NCBI GenBank assembly: GCA_013265495.1
Contig: MU057993.1
Span: forward strand, 1-64,000
Source: Vicugna vicugna
Taxonomy: Eukaryota
Direction: 5' to 3'
DNA length: 64,000 nt
This document shows positions 1-13,276 of this stretch, piece by piece. A program made the position numbers and the translations under genes. Each line of letters begins with the position of its first letter. Position 1 is the first letter of the stretch. The notes beneath the pieces were generated by a model. It made no database searches. It saw nothing but the letters and a program-made list of their open reading frames with translations, and had not been told where the DNA came from.

Positions 1-189
1 TGTGGTGGCCTGGTGTTTCATTATCAATTATTCAGAAAACTGTAACCTTGCCCATGATTTTTTGAGGCGTAAAATAACCATTTGTATTATCAATATCGTA
101 ACCTTCTAAGTATAAATTAAGATTATAATGTTTTTGTTTTTCATGATCTGAAACTGCTGACCCGCATCCCTCCACATACCACATACCCC

Positions 190-348
190 TTACTCATTCC
201 TATGATGTATTTCTCTTTGATTTTTTTTGAATATTCGCAATAAATATAAGAGCTTTGGAGCAGCTTGGGAGTCAGTCTCTGGCTCTCTCTCACTGTCTTG
301 AACTGATAAAGTCTTGAGAAAATTCATTCTTCCATGGTGGAACTTTTG
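190..348 (-). other. Candidate downstream exon (5' part) of the unidentified minus-strand gene
   Basis: Minus-strand acceptor ...ggtttttgtccag|CAAAAG (AG at 350-349). In frame with the ATG ending the 3445-3520 exon, it reads to a TAA at 192-190. The true exon end is not determined. Confidence 0.3.
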
Positions 349-603
349 CTGGACAAAAACCATGACAAACAGAACTCACACAAAAATATAGTGATCAAGA
401 AAAAAATGAAATTTTCATGGCTGTACTCACTCAGTTCAGTCTATTTAGTAAGAAGGCTAACCTCACAAAGTCCTTTTATATTATCTTTTGTTTAATTTGT
501 AAATTATTTTTTATTTAAAGACTGAAGCAATGAACAGGTGTTGTTGTCCTTGTTGTTTTGTCAAATGATTAGAAATTTGTTGCAACATAAGTCACCAAAT
601 CAC

Positions 604-740
604 GGGGGAGGGTACAGCTCAAGTAGTAGAGTGCAACCCCCAGTACCGCCTCTAAAAATGAAGAAACCTAGTTACCTTTCCCACCAAAATAAAAAATACT
701 TATGTAAACCAATATTAAATAAATAAATTTTTAAAAAATC
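604..740 (+). mobile_element. Camelid vic-1-type tRNA-derived SINE, internally deleted
   Basis: Head ggggagggtacagctcaagtagtagagtgc, then cccagtacc and an A-rich tail; lacks the B-box segment present in the 9321 copy. Confidence 0.7.
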
Positions 741-850
741 ATCAGCTCATCCATCTTCTCCCTCACCAATCTGAAATGCTGCCTGCGATAAATACCTATG
801 TATATTGGGGTCTCTTTTTCTGTACTTCACTCAATTCATCCTAAAGTAGT

Positions 851-1466
851 GTTGTTGTTTTGACAGGAAAGTAGGATTTATTGGTGGTTGTGTGGAAGGA
901 GGGGACAGCACCAAGGCTCTCATGAGTGCAGGGCCTGCCATTTGTCCAGGGGGCCACAATTTGGGATGTAGTTGACCCCACAGCCATCCGGGATGAGCCA
1001 CCTTTCTGCCACCATGTTTTCAAATTCATTTGTGTTAAACTTGGTAAATCCCTACTTCTTTGAGGTGTGGATCTTCTGGTGACCAGGGAACTTCAACTTG
1101 GCCCTGTGCACGGCCTCAATCACATGCTTCTTGTTCTGCAGCTTGGTGCGAATGGACGTGATGACTTGGCCAATGTGGATCCTGGCCAACGTGCCCTGGG
1201 GCTTTCCAAAGGCACACCGCATACCTGTCTGGAGCCTTCAGAGGAAAGCTGCTCATATTTATCTGACACCATTTGGCCACAGAGTGGAAACTGATCCACT
1301 TTTGCCTTCTTCCGCCCCAGGTCAAAGATGCGGGTCTTAGTATCAGGGATACCTCGGCAGAAGCATGGCTTTGGGTGTGGATTGTTCTTACAGTACTGGT
1401 AACACCAGGCGGGGTGGCGGCCCATGGTGACACCAGGATATTCAGTAGCACGCAGAAGGGAAAGAG
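851..1466 (-). pseudogene. RPL10: RPL10 processed pseudogene lacking one internal exon (coding remnant 1425-920)
   Basis: 5' TOP ctctttcccttc at 1466. [19 protein letters not shown]...QLSSE is joined directly to [12 protein letters not shown]...[11 protein letters not shown] has become KK*. AATAAA at 882-877, degenerate A-tail, flanking ctaaagt repeats at 841 and 1467, no introns. Confidence 0.95.
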
Positions 1467-2714
1467 CTAAAGTGTTTTATTTACTATCATTTCATGATAC
1501 TTTTTTTATATCAGAAATAGTCCTTTTGAAGATTGAAAAGCACACCTAGAGGCTTCAGAATGCAAAGCTTCTTAAAGGACTAATCCAGAAAATAAAGTCT
1601 GGAATTCTATTATTTCTGTTGAAAAAGAATTTGGCATGACTTCTCTCCCCTTTTTTTCATCAAATGCAACATAGATACAGCAGGGAGGCCATGAAATTGG
1701 AACACCTAGATTAGCATCGGGACCCTGCGCTGGTTGCATGATCCTGGGCAATTACTTAAATTTTCTGATCTTCCATTGTTTTCACCTATAAACAAAGTCC
1801 AAACATCTGCATATTGTTTCCTTTTTCCCATTTATATTCCCTTGTCTCTTTTTCTAAGTATAGGTAATCACATTTCAAGTGGATACACATTTTAAAGAAA
1901 TTATCCTGCAAGAAAAAAATGAGAATGTCCTCAATCTACTATTATGAAAATATTTCTAAGATATACTGTGATTTTTTTGTCTACATACTATGCTCTATTT
2001 TTCCATATAATGGGAGAAAAATGCCACTATACATTTATATCTGTATGTGTATATGCAGAAAATACTCGGGAAATAATTTTTAAGTTTATGTAAAAATATT
2101 TCCTTTTTAACAATTTCAGACATGTCAAAAGGAGAAAAAGATTGACTCTATCTGGATTTTTAAAAAAACAGAAAAACTGAGGCCCCAGAAAAAAAATAAC
2201 CGTGCTAACCAGAAAATGAATGATTTGAATGAGTTCCACCTATCAAAGGCTGACTCAAATAAGGTGCTTTTTCACATTGTATGATATGAAATATCTCTGT
2301 TTGACATTATGGTCAAATCCAGAAAAGTTTTTTGTTTTTCTATAATGTTTCACTTTACTCTGTTCTAATTCTCCAGACTATCTATCTACCTTCAATCTAC
2401 TCTTTGGTTTGTAAATAAAGTCTTTATTCTTAAAAAGTTAGATCATTTTTAAGTGAATTAAATTGATAAAATTATATATATTGTTTACATACTCTATATT
2501 CATATGTAGCACACATTTTAGAAATAATAAATTATAACACAATGGAAAAGAAGGGTGGAAACGAAAGTAGCAAAGGCTTTTAATGCAAACTAGGCATCTT
2601 CTATTTTGTTGTACAAGCAATAGGGAGCCACTGAAAGTTTTGACAAGAATGGGAGATAATATGAAGAAAGTAATGTTTTTGAAGAATGAATGTAATAGTG
2701 GTATCACTATACAA

Positions 2715-3085
2715 TATTATTCAAACCTAAAAGAATGAAGTACTGATACATGGTACAACGTAGCAGAACATTGAACATTATGCTAAGTGAAAAATGCCAA
2801 ATATAAAAGGCCACATATCATATGATTCCACTTATATGAAATGTCCAAAATAGGAAAATCCATAGAAATAGGAAGTAGATTTGTGGTTGCCAGGGAACTG
2901 GGAAGAGGGGAGATGGGAAGGAACTGTTAATAGGATTGGGGTTTCTTCCTGAAGTGATGAGAATGATAAAGCATTCAATAGTAGTGATGGGTGCAAAACT
3001 TCATGGATATACTAAACCCTACTAAAATGTATACTCCAAAATGGTAAATTTTCTGGTATGTAAATTAGATCTCAACAACACAAAA
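2715..3085 (+). mobile_element. Old L1 (L1M-type) 3' end fragment
   Basis: Typical L1M 3' text: aacattatgctaagtgaaa, tatgattccacttatatgaaatgtcca, gtggttgccaggg. Confidence 0.8.
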
Positions 3086-3090
3086 AAGGG

Positions 3091-3116
<26 letters not shown>
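3091..3116. repeat. (GT)13 microsatellite
   Basis: Direct reading. Confidence 0.95.
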
Positions 3117-3122
<6 letters not shown>

Positions 3123-3444
3123 CTACAGGCAAGGAAAATAGAAAGAAACCATATTGGTTTAGCAATGAGTGCGTAAAGGTCATCAGGGCTTCTATTGTTA
3201 AGCCCATCTAGGGAGCATCACTCAGATAACCAGACTCCACAGAGGACCACTCACAGGGTCCCCATGGGGAATACAGCCTGGGACTCTGAATGAGTAAGTG
3301 TAAGCAAAGGGGCAAAAGGACTGTCAATAACAATAAATATATGAATATGAGGAGAAAGGAAATATGACAAAAGTAAATATCTTTTCTCTTTAATTGAAAA
3401 TGAAACATTCACAAAGAGGAAGTTCAACAGAATTCAATACTTAC

Positions 3445-3520
3445 CATCTTTGGATTGAGAAATAAAGGCAATCTGTAGTCTCTTACCCAGACTTTGTCAA
3501 ATTTTCAACAATAAGATTAC
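3445..3520 (-). other. Candidate 76-nt internal exon ending in ATG
   Basis: Minus strand: ttttcctccttatacag|GTAATCTT...CCAAAGATG|gtaagt, with consensus acceptor and donor; same strand as the CpG-island exon at 24491. Confidence 0.55.
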
Positions 3521-3713
3521 CTGTATAAGGAGGAAAATGTATAAAAATGTGTTTGTCTTTATTAACAAAATATTTTATATCTCAACCATAGAAACCATTC
3601 TGAAATACTCAAGCCCTAACCTACTAGAGAGTCAAGCATAGTTAAAGCCAATTTCTGGTGGAATCTATATACTATTGTCTTAATGGGAAAAATAAAGTTC
3701 ATAATCTGCATCT

Positions 3714-4010
3714 TCACTGTCCAATATGCCAGCCAAAAGCTAGTGAGCACTTGACATGTAGCTAAGTCTACACTGAGACATGGTGTAAGTATAAAATATA
3801 CTCCAGATCTCAGAGTTAGTACTAGAAAAATAATCTAAAATATCTCATTTATAAGTTTCCATAGTTTCATATTGATTACATGTTGAAATAATAATATTGT
3901 GATATATTAAATAAAATGTATTAAAATTAATGTCACCTGTTTCTCTTTAGCTTGTGTTTATATGGCTACTATATATCTGGCTTGCATTATACTTCTATTG
4001 GACAATGTTG
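3714..4010. mobile_element. hAT-Charlie MER3/MER33-type DNA transposon
   Basis: Inverted termini ctgtccaata...tattggacaa; internal gtaagtataaaatatactccagat and tattgattacatgttgaaat. Confidence 0.75.
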
Positions 4011-5300
4011 TGTTAAGTGGCAGCAAAAAAGCTTTCTGAGAGCTTCATGAGTCCTCCCTTGGTTACCTTTTTTTGTGCTCCAGGAGTAAGACTTTTCCCA
4101 GAGTGTTTCCTGCACTGGAAACCGCTGCACACAGCAAGCAACATGAAACAAGCAATAACCCTAAGATGTGACTGGGAGGGAAATCTCTTACAGTTCCTAA
4201 GATCCACACTGTACTATGAATCTGAACAAGAAAAATGGAGATTCTCTTGGGGGGTAAGACTGCCTTAAGTAACAGGAGAACAGCCTCAGACAGCAATGAT
4301 GTGAAATTTTTTAGGAGCTTGGAACTCCCAGCTGAAAGCCGCTGCTGTTGCTGGGCCTCACACAGACAGCAAACAGAGCAGTGGGCCAGGAAGCCACGCA
4401 CGCACACGTGTGGGGCAGGAGAGCCAACTCCGAGAGGTGGTGAACAATGCCCAGGCAAAGAAGAAGTCAGGGGTAGCCCACGGTAGTGTCCAGAAAGCTT
4501 CACAGAGAATCATTTTACCCCCACACTGAAGGGATAAGCCCAAGACCTAAAAAGAAAATTATTCCTCTAAGAATGAGGGGGTCTGGAGAAAACCCCAAAA
4601 TTAACAATACTGTCTCCATAACCATTTTTTCTCACTTAAATACCAGAAAATGCTAACTAATCTACAATAACAACAACAACAACCAAATCTATAATTGCCG
4701 GGGGTGAAGGAACTGACTCTTTTGAGGCTGATGGAAATGTCTTCATTGTGGTAGTGGTTCCATGAATACAGTTGTCAAAAGTTATCAAATGAAACCCTAC
4801 ATGGGTGCAGTTTACTGTATTTATTATATCTCAATAAAGCTGATTGAAAATAAGTAGGAAATAAATAAAATCAATCACCATTTGCCCTGTGGCAGTCAGA
4901 ATATAGCTGTCATTCCCTGGGCATGTGAAAATTTGGTCACTGACAGTTTGTATCATCGTAAGCTTTGCTGAATTGTGTGTACTTTGTGTACACATATGTC
5001 ACATTTATGACCCAACTTTTAATATCCTTTAAAAGATTACACTATGATTCAGCATTAAAACAAAAATTGATGCTTGCAAAAAAGCACAGAAAGGCAGCAG
5101 AGGGGACTAAGTTTGATATTCATGAAGCAAATATTTGTGGTTAGATGAATGACCACAATTCTATTTTTTTGTTTGTTTGTTTGTTTGTTTTTTCGGACAA
5201 GGCAATATCCAAGTGCTAATAATGCACTCTATCATACTTTAAGCCAGCATTTTTCTTCCTTAGTGACAAATAAAATAACAATTTGTCTTATAATTGATTA

Positions 5301-5846
5301 TATAGTGGGCAGAATTCTAAGATGGCCCCCAAGATTTTAACACCCTGGTTTACACACCTTCTCAAAGTTATTCAACCAAATAGTAATCTAAATGCTGCTG
5401 TGAAGGGATATTATCAATGTAATTAAAATCCCTAATAAGCTGACTTTAAATTACTGAGATTACTGTAGGCTAACCTGACCTAAAAAATCGGTACTTATGA
5501 GAACAGTAACCTTTAATAGCAAACAGCCATGCTGTGAACTGTGCATACAGAAGGCCATGTGGGAACCTAAGCGTGGCCTCCAGGAGCCTCTAGGGGAGTG
5601 TCTGTGACTCCCAGCCAGCAAGGAAACAGGAATGCCATTCCTACAAATGCAAGGAAATGAATTCTGTGAACTACCAAGTGAGCCTGGGAGAGGACTGTGA
5701 GCCTCAGATGAGCTCGCAGCACTGACTGACACTTTGATTTCTGTCTGGTAAGGCTCAGAGGACAGGACCCTACTAACCATGCCCAGACTCCTGATGGACA
5801 GTGACTGTGAGGTGAGCTGCTAAAGCAGCAATGGAAAACTAACACA
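5301..5846 (+). mobile_element. MaLR MLT1-type solo LTR
   Basis: Starts tatagtgggcagaattctaagatggccccc, ends gcagcaatggaaaactaacaca; internal gccagcaaggaaacagg...aaggaaatgaattctg. Confidence 0.85.
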
Positions 5847-6489
5847 GAAGGCTTCTTAGATTTGAGGAAATATGGTTTATATTATTTCTCTTAAAGGCTG
5901 CTGATATGCTCCATCATCAATACAATTTCTCACACTTCATATTATTATGAGTGATGTGATTCAATTTCACAAAGCAGCAGGAGGTAATACTACTCTCAAA
6001 ATTTTACAGGTAAAAAACTTTAGAACATATAATAATTTGTTTCCTCCAGCAACTGGGCATACGATTTAGCATATTTGCCTCTCTCTGTCTAAACCAATAT
6101 CATTCCAAAAATAAATAAATAAGTAACCATCTTAGTCCTTATCCATTTCAAAAGGAATGAAAATAAAGTTGAATCTGTGGTGAGAAAAGCTAATTTTGAG
6201 ATCTAGCAAGGCCATATAATTTCAGGCAATCATCTAGTTTCTAAGAACTTCAGGGAACTCAGCTAATAAAAAAAGGACTAGTGGAAATTTAAATCAAGTC
6301 TGGAGGCTAATTAATAGCAGAAAAATATACAGACATATATACAGACATAAATGGATAATGACATGCTCTGCCAAAATTATACAGTGTATAATTAAATGCC
6401 ATTGCAAATGGCCTGAACTTCAATATCTCTTGTGTGCCAGGCACTGGTCTGTAAGTGATATATGAAGTGTACAGACAAGGACTATCATA

Positions 6490-6720
6490 TAGAATAGTGG
6501 TTAGGGATTCCAGCCACAGCCCCAGACCGCCTGGCCACAGCCCCTGGCCCACCACTGACTGAAGGCGAGGTCTTGGGCATGTCTAGCCCCCCTTTGCCAA
6601 ACCTTCAGCTGTAAGACAGGGACATGGACAATGTTTATCTCTGAGGGCTGCGGTGAGGATTGAATGAGTTAATACATACAAAGCACACAGAAGAATGCTG
6701 GGCGCATATTAAGCATTCAA
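6490..6720. mobile_element. MIR SINE
   Basis: MIR core-like gtgaggattgaatgagttaatacatacaaagcac. Other MIR pieces lie near 9520-9750, 14560-14750, 17060-17215 and 30280-30365. Confidence 0.7.
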
Positions 6721-7539
6721 ACGCTGACATCAATATTGTTTTCATAATAATGCCATATTAATATTCACTTCTAAGAAAGGCAAACTGTGCATCTATGGAG
6801 GATACTACCGGACTGTCCTCCTGGGATGGCTTTTACTTTTATTGTATGAATTTGCCAGGGCACTGTTCAAATTTGTTACTGTGTTTTTTACCTTAGTGAA
6901 ATGTTTATGGGTTCAAGTACTGTATCTATTTCTGTGTTAAAAATCTAATTGAAACTTATATGGAAACATTAGACACTGACATTCTAGGGCTTTGTTATAC
7001 AAAATAGTTTTGAGGACCACCAATTCAGCATCCCCCAGCTGCCTGTTAAAAATGAACAATCCCAGAAGACACAGTACATTTGGCCAATATACTTTGTTTC
7101 TTTTCCATGGGAGGGATAGTCTCTCAGGCTTTTCTCTTCTTCTTTTAATACTCAGTACTTCCTTTTCTGTGCCTGTAAGGCTCCTGGATGCTGTTCAGTC
7201 TTTTTATAGCAGGTGCAACACTATTTTTCAAAATATTTTAAAAATCAAACAACATTATCTAGGCCATAGAAGACTTTGACAAAAGTACTTTTATGGAAAT
7301 CAGATACTAGGAGGCAATATTCAAATCCAAATAAATGTTGCTTTAAAGCTCATGTTGATGCTTTATAGCCCAAAACAGTGCAAGCCAAGAAGCAGGAGTA
7401 GGTAACCAATGCAACATGAAAAACTGATATCTAAGATTGGGTATTGCTAATTAAGTTTACATGTTCAAAGTCTTAATCCTTATACACAAGTACTTGAACT
7501 TCTGAAGTAAGTGGTTTGCATCACCTCATTAGTACAGTA

Positions 7540-7720
7540 CATTGGTTCTCAAATTCTGGGCCCCCAATCATCAGTATCACTTGTAAACACATAAGAATTA
7601 TACTCCTGGGTCTCTCCCCAGACCTGCTGAATCAAATACCAGGATTGGGGAGCAGCATCTATGGTCCTACAAGCCCCCAGATGATCCTGATGCTTGCTAA
7701 ATTGTGGGAACTACTGGAAT
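7540..7720. mobile_element. MER5-type DNA transposon
   Basis: Termini cattggttctcaaa ... ttgtgggaactactg; internal ccccagacctgctgaatca. Confidence 0.7.
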
Positions 7721-8204
7721 AGTGGTTCAGGCACAGTACATTTCTGCTGAGTTTTTCATCACTAGTTTGAATACAATTCTGCCTGGTCAAGTATGAAAAT
7801 GTATGAATATTGGAAATAGGACACTGAAATAAGGAAACCCAAAATGTATGCCTGCAAATAAGTGCATCTATGACAAATTATAAAGAATTATGTGATTTAA
7901 AGCTGATATAATTCAAAGTTACTGCACATTTACTTGATTGTCTACAATGTATGTTTGAAGAATTATTTATAAATTTTCTATAACCTTAAACTTTTTACAA
8001 AACTGTAAGTATGCAAGCTTACAAGGTAGAAATAAAACCTGTTTGCCTGGTTGATGGGGGAGGGGGGAAATAAAGATAGGTAATGTGAAAAAACAGTAAG
8101 TTGCCTAAGACAGGATCCTTAGGTCTTGACAGGATTCTCTGACTCCCTGTACACCAGCCATAAATTCCTATTTACCACAATTTATTTCATTCAGGCATTT
8201 TCTT

Positions 8205-8330
8205 CTTTTTTTTAATTGAGTTATAGTTAGTTTACAATGTTGTGTCAATTTCCAATGTAGAGCACAATTTTTCAGTTATACATGAACATACATATATTCA
8301 TTGTCGCATTCTTTTTCACTGTGAGCTATT
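8205..8330 (-). mobile_element. Short young L1 3' end
   Basis: tttaattgagttatagttagtttacaatgttgtgtcaatttcc is the reverse complement of the L1 tail at 15761-16132. Confidence 0.75.
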
Positions 8331-9320
8331 CAGACACTTTTAATCTTTAATAGACCATCATTCAGCACACTGCTTTTAGTGTCTGCATGTAACTTTTGAT
8401 AAAATTTTCAAAGGCTTTGAATTATAATTCTGGAAGGAGCAAAGTTCAAATGTATATAACTACAGTTAGAAATACAGTATTTAAAACACAACCAAGAAGA
8501 AAGAGAAAATCTTCTATGAGACTTTTTAAAGAACAATATTCAGGGTTAGCTCTTTTTAAGGTAACAAAATAAAATTCAAAACTATTTAAATCTCCTAATG
8601 AACAAATAAAATAACAGGGCACAGACGTCAAAACTATGTTCTCATTATATTTATTAAATGTAAAACAACTATAAATAAACTAATTAAGGAATAGTCCCAT
8701 ACAAAGTATGGGGAGGAAGGAAAAATTAATGTTATCCTAATGACAAACACTAACTCAGCAAACAAAAATAGTTTTAAAAAACCACATAAGAAAAACACTC
8801 TGCTTGTACCCACTGACTTAACTGTATATCTTAGAGACTAACAAGTGCTGCTTCCCAAATTTTCTGCTACCCCTTCCCAGCATGACAAACCACACGTTTC
8901 CAAATCTAAATAATATATTTCTGAGGCTTGTCTCCTAAATAAGAATCTCTTTCAAGAGATTTAACTCTAATGACAAATCACATTTTACAGATAGAATATA
9001 ATTATTTATAAACATCACTTTGCTCCCTAAGCCTTTAGATTTGCCCTAGACAGGCTTCTTCTACTGCTAAAGATGTATCTGGGACGCCTGTCCTGATGGT
9101 GATACCAAGGGCAAGACTGAATTTAATTTTAAAAATGCAAATTACTGCAAGTTGGTTAAATTACAGGTTTAAATTACATAATTATTTTGTATAAGAAAAT
9201 AAAAGTGGAAACTGCTTCTTCAAGAGTCTGTTAATCTTCTAACATCTGTATAGGATGAAATCTGATGATTTTCCCCTCCTATTTCAGTACTACAATTTTC
9301 AATATAAAACTTTTCACTGA

Positions 9321-9487
9321 AGGGAGAGGGCATAGCTCAGTGATAGAGTGTGTGCTTAGCATGCACATGTTCCTGGGTTCAATCACCAGTACCACCTTAA
9401 ATAAATGAATAAATGAATAAATAAATAAATTTAATTATCTCCCCCAAAATAAATAAATAAATAAAAACACAAATTAAAAGAAAAAAA
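9321..9487 (+). mobile_element. Camelid vic-1-type tRNA-Ala-derived SINE
   Basis: gggagagggcatagctcagtgatagagtgtgtgcttagcatgcac...cctgggttcaatc (A and B boxes), (AATA)n tail, flanking imperfect aaaac..tt.cactga repeats. Confidence 0.85.
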
Positions 9488-11732
9488 CCTCCTCCACTGA
9501 AAGTTAAGAGGCAGCAGCACGGTGACTAAAAGCATAGATCACAGTCAGATGGATCTGGATTTGAGTTCTAGTTCTGTGAATTCAAATTCCTAGCTATGCA
9601 TTCTTAGACAATTCTCTGAATCAGTTCTTCTGCCATAAAACAGGCTTGTTAGTATCTATTTCATAGGGACTGCTGTGAGAAATAAGTAATGCATGTAAAT
9701 ATCCTTAGTAGAGGGTCTGATACATTGCAAACATTCAATAAGTGGTAACAATGATAATCAAAACAAATAATGATCAAATTATTAATTTATCAAATAATCA
9801 AATCTGCATTTTTATCCTGTAGATTCTCAGCCCTCTCCTAGTTGATTCTTTATAAATAACTAGGGGCAGCTCACAGGTATAAAATCAACCATCAAAAGAA
9901 AGAGACCTAGCAGGCACCTTCCTCACCCTTGTTCTCTCCCATGTTTCAACAGCCTTAGTCATTATCCAAACTTGAGAATAAAGACCTGCTCACACTGGGC
10001 AGAGGAGATCAGAGGCCATATTTAACACCTGTACTTAATGATAGCTCACCCACAGTGTAAGACTGATACCGTACATTCATTTTTCCAACACACTCAACAT
10101 AAGAATGGGCACTTAGGTGGAAAAGAAATCAAACAAAAGCATCTTTCAGGAAGTGCCTGTTGGATCAAAAGTCTCATTGCTGAGTCAAGAAGAAGAAGGT
10201 CAACTTAATGCATCACATGTGCCAAAAGTATAGGCTGTTTTATACTTCCTAGAAATGAAGGGAAAAGTTCACATGAAATCTCTATCAACTTTTGTGACTG
10301 CCTTCTAATTCATTTAATAAATATTTGTTGAACACCTTTGGATTGACACTACACTAAGCACATGGATACAAAAGTGACAAGATAATAATATTTTCCTCTT
10401 GCAGAGCCTATTAGAAAATCATTCCCTTTTTTTCTCTCTCATTCATTGGTTGACTTACTATATGCCACTATGTGGCAGCAAATATTAGGCATTTTGGGGA
10501 GGAGAGATTTACTAAAAAGATAAATAAGATAGAACCCTTGTAGTCAAAGAATTGACAGGCTAGTAGAAGAGAAAAATACAAATACCTATGTTAACTGCTA
10601 TGAAAGCCACATAGATACTGTGCATAATCAGTAGGAAAAACAACTAACTCTACTCACATTAAACAGGACAGGCTTTCTAAAGGAGATGGTATTTAAATAG
10701 AGTCTTAAGGGATAAATGTTTCACAGATGAAAGGAAAACAGTACTTCAGACAGAGGAAATAGCCAGGTGCAGACACATACATGAAACCATATACATGCAC
10801 ACACACATACACACACACAAACTGCATTAAATATATACATGTTACATACAAATGGATATACAGTCAGTTTTTAGATGGAAGCAGTCATTTGAATTACAAC
10901 ACAGAAAATGATGCAATTGACTACTTTTCCAATTCTCCCAAAGATGGTACACAGCTAATAATATATTTATAAGGGAAAAGTTATTTCCTTCCAATTCCAG
11001 CCTTAGAGCATTAGCACTTAAATCTCTCCCTGAAATAAAGGGAGGTTTGAATGCTAGATTAAATCTGGACTAGAAAAGGCTCTCCCTTAAGCAAAGTATC
11101 AATTCAGGTAGGAAAATAAAGGAAAAGAGCAACGGGATCAAATTAGAAGCTCCTTAAATGGACAGGGTTCAATTTTAAACAGTAGGAAAAAAATTAATTC
11201 CTTAGTGAGTAATAAAACTTGAAGGAAGAAAGGGAAATCAGACATGATGCAAGGTTTCTCCCAATGATCATTCTATTAACATTGATACTTGCTTTTTCCA
11301 TTAGCGTGTACTTGACTATACAAATACTTACATATCATGGCACTCACATTTTGTAAGCCCCCTAACTCTTGCTATACTTTCACGTGAATAGTTTGCCATT
11401 TAAAAAAATTAAATTCAGGCAGATGGGGTGAATAAATTTTTTTAAATTGTATAAAAATTAGTAAAATCTACCCGGAAACCCTTCCTAGCTTCTGAATAAT
11501 AGTATAAATACTTTTACCTTTTGAGTAATTGCCTTATCATCTTAAAAAATAAAAATCATGAAATTTGTTAATTTTCCTTTATGTCTATGTTTTAAAATGT
11601 GGGTTAGAGGCTTATCCATGTCTAAGCTTTATCTTTAACAATAATCAGTATTTATACAAAATCTAACTGGTAAAGTACCTTATACTACAAAGGAAGTAAT
11701 CAAATGAGAAACAGAGAATTTAATGATGGAGC

Positions 11733-11915
11733 AAGGTTTCCCAAACTTGGTATCATTGACCTTTTGGACCAGATCATACTTCATCATGGGGTGCTGTCCT
11801 GTACAAGGTTTACACCTGACCCCTACCAACTAGAAACCAGCAGCACCCTCACACACAACTCTCCCCTACTTGCGACCATCAGAAACATCTGCAGATGTTG
11901 CCAAATGCCCCTCTG
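11733..11915. mobile_element. MER20-type DNA transposon fragment
   Basis: ttttggaccagatcatactt...gtgctgtcctgt...gcagatgttgccaaatgccccct. Confidence 0.7.
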
Positions 11916-12450
11916 TGGCCACTGCTGCAGGCAGGCAGCGTGCTACGCTGCTCAGTGGTTATCTCACTTCACCTAACAACATAGTGTCCATGAAATAGTT
12001 GTTATTTCCCAGCTCAACAAATAAAGAAACTAAGGCCAAGAAAATTAAACAATTTGCCAAGAGTCACATAACCAACAAGTGTGGCAGCCCATACTTAACC
12101 CACACAACGGGGCTTCAGTCCCTGCTCTAGTCACTGTTCTGTTGTCACTTATTAATGCCTCAGCCTTTTTCATCTGACACTTGAAATGTAATATTCTGAT
12201 TTTTATCTGAAAATAAAAAAATAAAATTATCCACACAAGAGGAATTTAAATTAAAAGACTCCCAACCTCAATTCAGGATAAACTAACAAGTATTTTTTAA
12301 GCACTGACTGTATGTATGCCCAGTACCAACTTTAGGAACTAGAGTGATTCAAAGAAAAAAAAAACCACATTTATTAAGGATTTGGCTCAAGACCTTTTCC
12401 ACACATTACCTCTCTGAAGTCTCACAACATCCCTGTGAGGTAGGTATTAA

Positions 12451-13091
12451 TATCGTCGGTGGATGTAACCAGTGTACCAGGTTCTTGTCCCATTGCAGAA
12501 AGAATTCTGAGATAAGATGTAGTGGTTAATAAAGGTTAAGTGAGAACTTATTAAGGGATGGATTGTACACTCTCAAGGGGAGAGTTAGCAGGCTCAGATG
12601 AGCAGCTGCCCTGTGTTTCTCTGGCAAGTTGATTACATAGGGTGTAAAAGAGAATGGGTGGATTATTCATTCGGGAAGGAACGGTTTGGGGTCAGATTCC
12701 CTGATTATCATCCCAAATCCACATTCCCAAAGAGAAAAGGGATTTCTGTCCTTATTTAGACTGGATCAGAAGTGTGGCATCAGTGCATGATGGATACTTC
12801 TAATCTGCAAGGGTAATATTAATGAAATGAGGACATAATGAGAAAAAGTTTCATTCAGACACTGGAAATTCCTGCCTTTTCTCACCTTTCTTTATTTGTC
12901 TCCAGGCCACTGATCACCCCCAAATGAGCTCAAAGATTCCTGCTTATCTTTCTCTGCCAATGGACCTCTGGTGCTTACATGATATGTGGTTTCCTGCATT
13001 TGGCTTGTGCCCCTCCTTTCTGCCCAATTGCTGCCATTTGGTCTGTGTTCCCCTTTCTCTGCTTATATCTAGCTATCTGCCTGCTCTAACA
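12451..13091 (-). mobile_element. ERV1-like solo LTR inserted in a MIR
   Basis: Minus strand starts tgttagagcaggcagatagctagata and has AATAAA near 12550. Flanks ttaa/ttac; MIR sequence is continuous on both sides. Confidence 0.75.
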
Positions 13092-13276
13092 TTACCTTGT
13101 TTCAAATGGGGAAGCTAAGGCTCAGAATAGAAAGGTAGTCCCTGACCTAAGAAGGCTTACAACTCAATTGAAGAGACACACACACACAAAAAAAAGGTTT
13201 TTTTAAAGACACAGAATAAGTTAAGTATCTCAGTTAACAACACACAGAGGGTGAGAAACACAAATGAGCAGAAGTA

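Noticed and set aside
9321..9395. tRNA-Ala gene
   Set aside because: Has an A-rich tail and flanking repeats; it is a SINE head.
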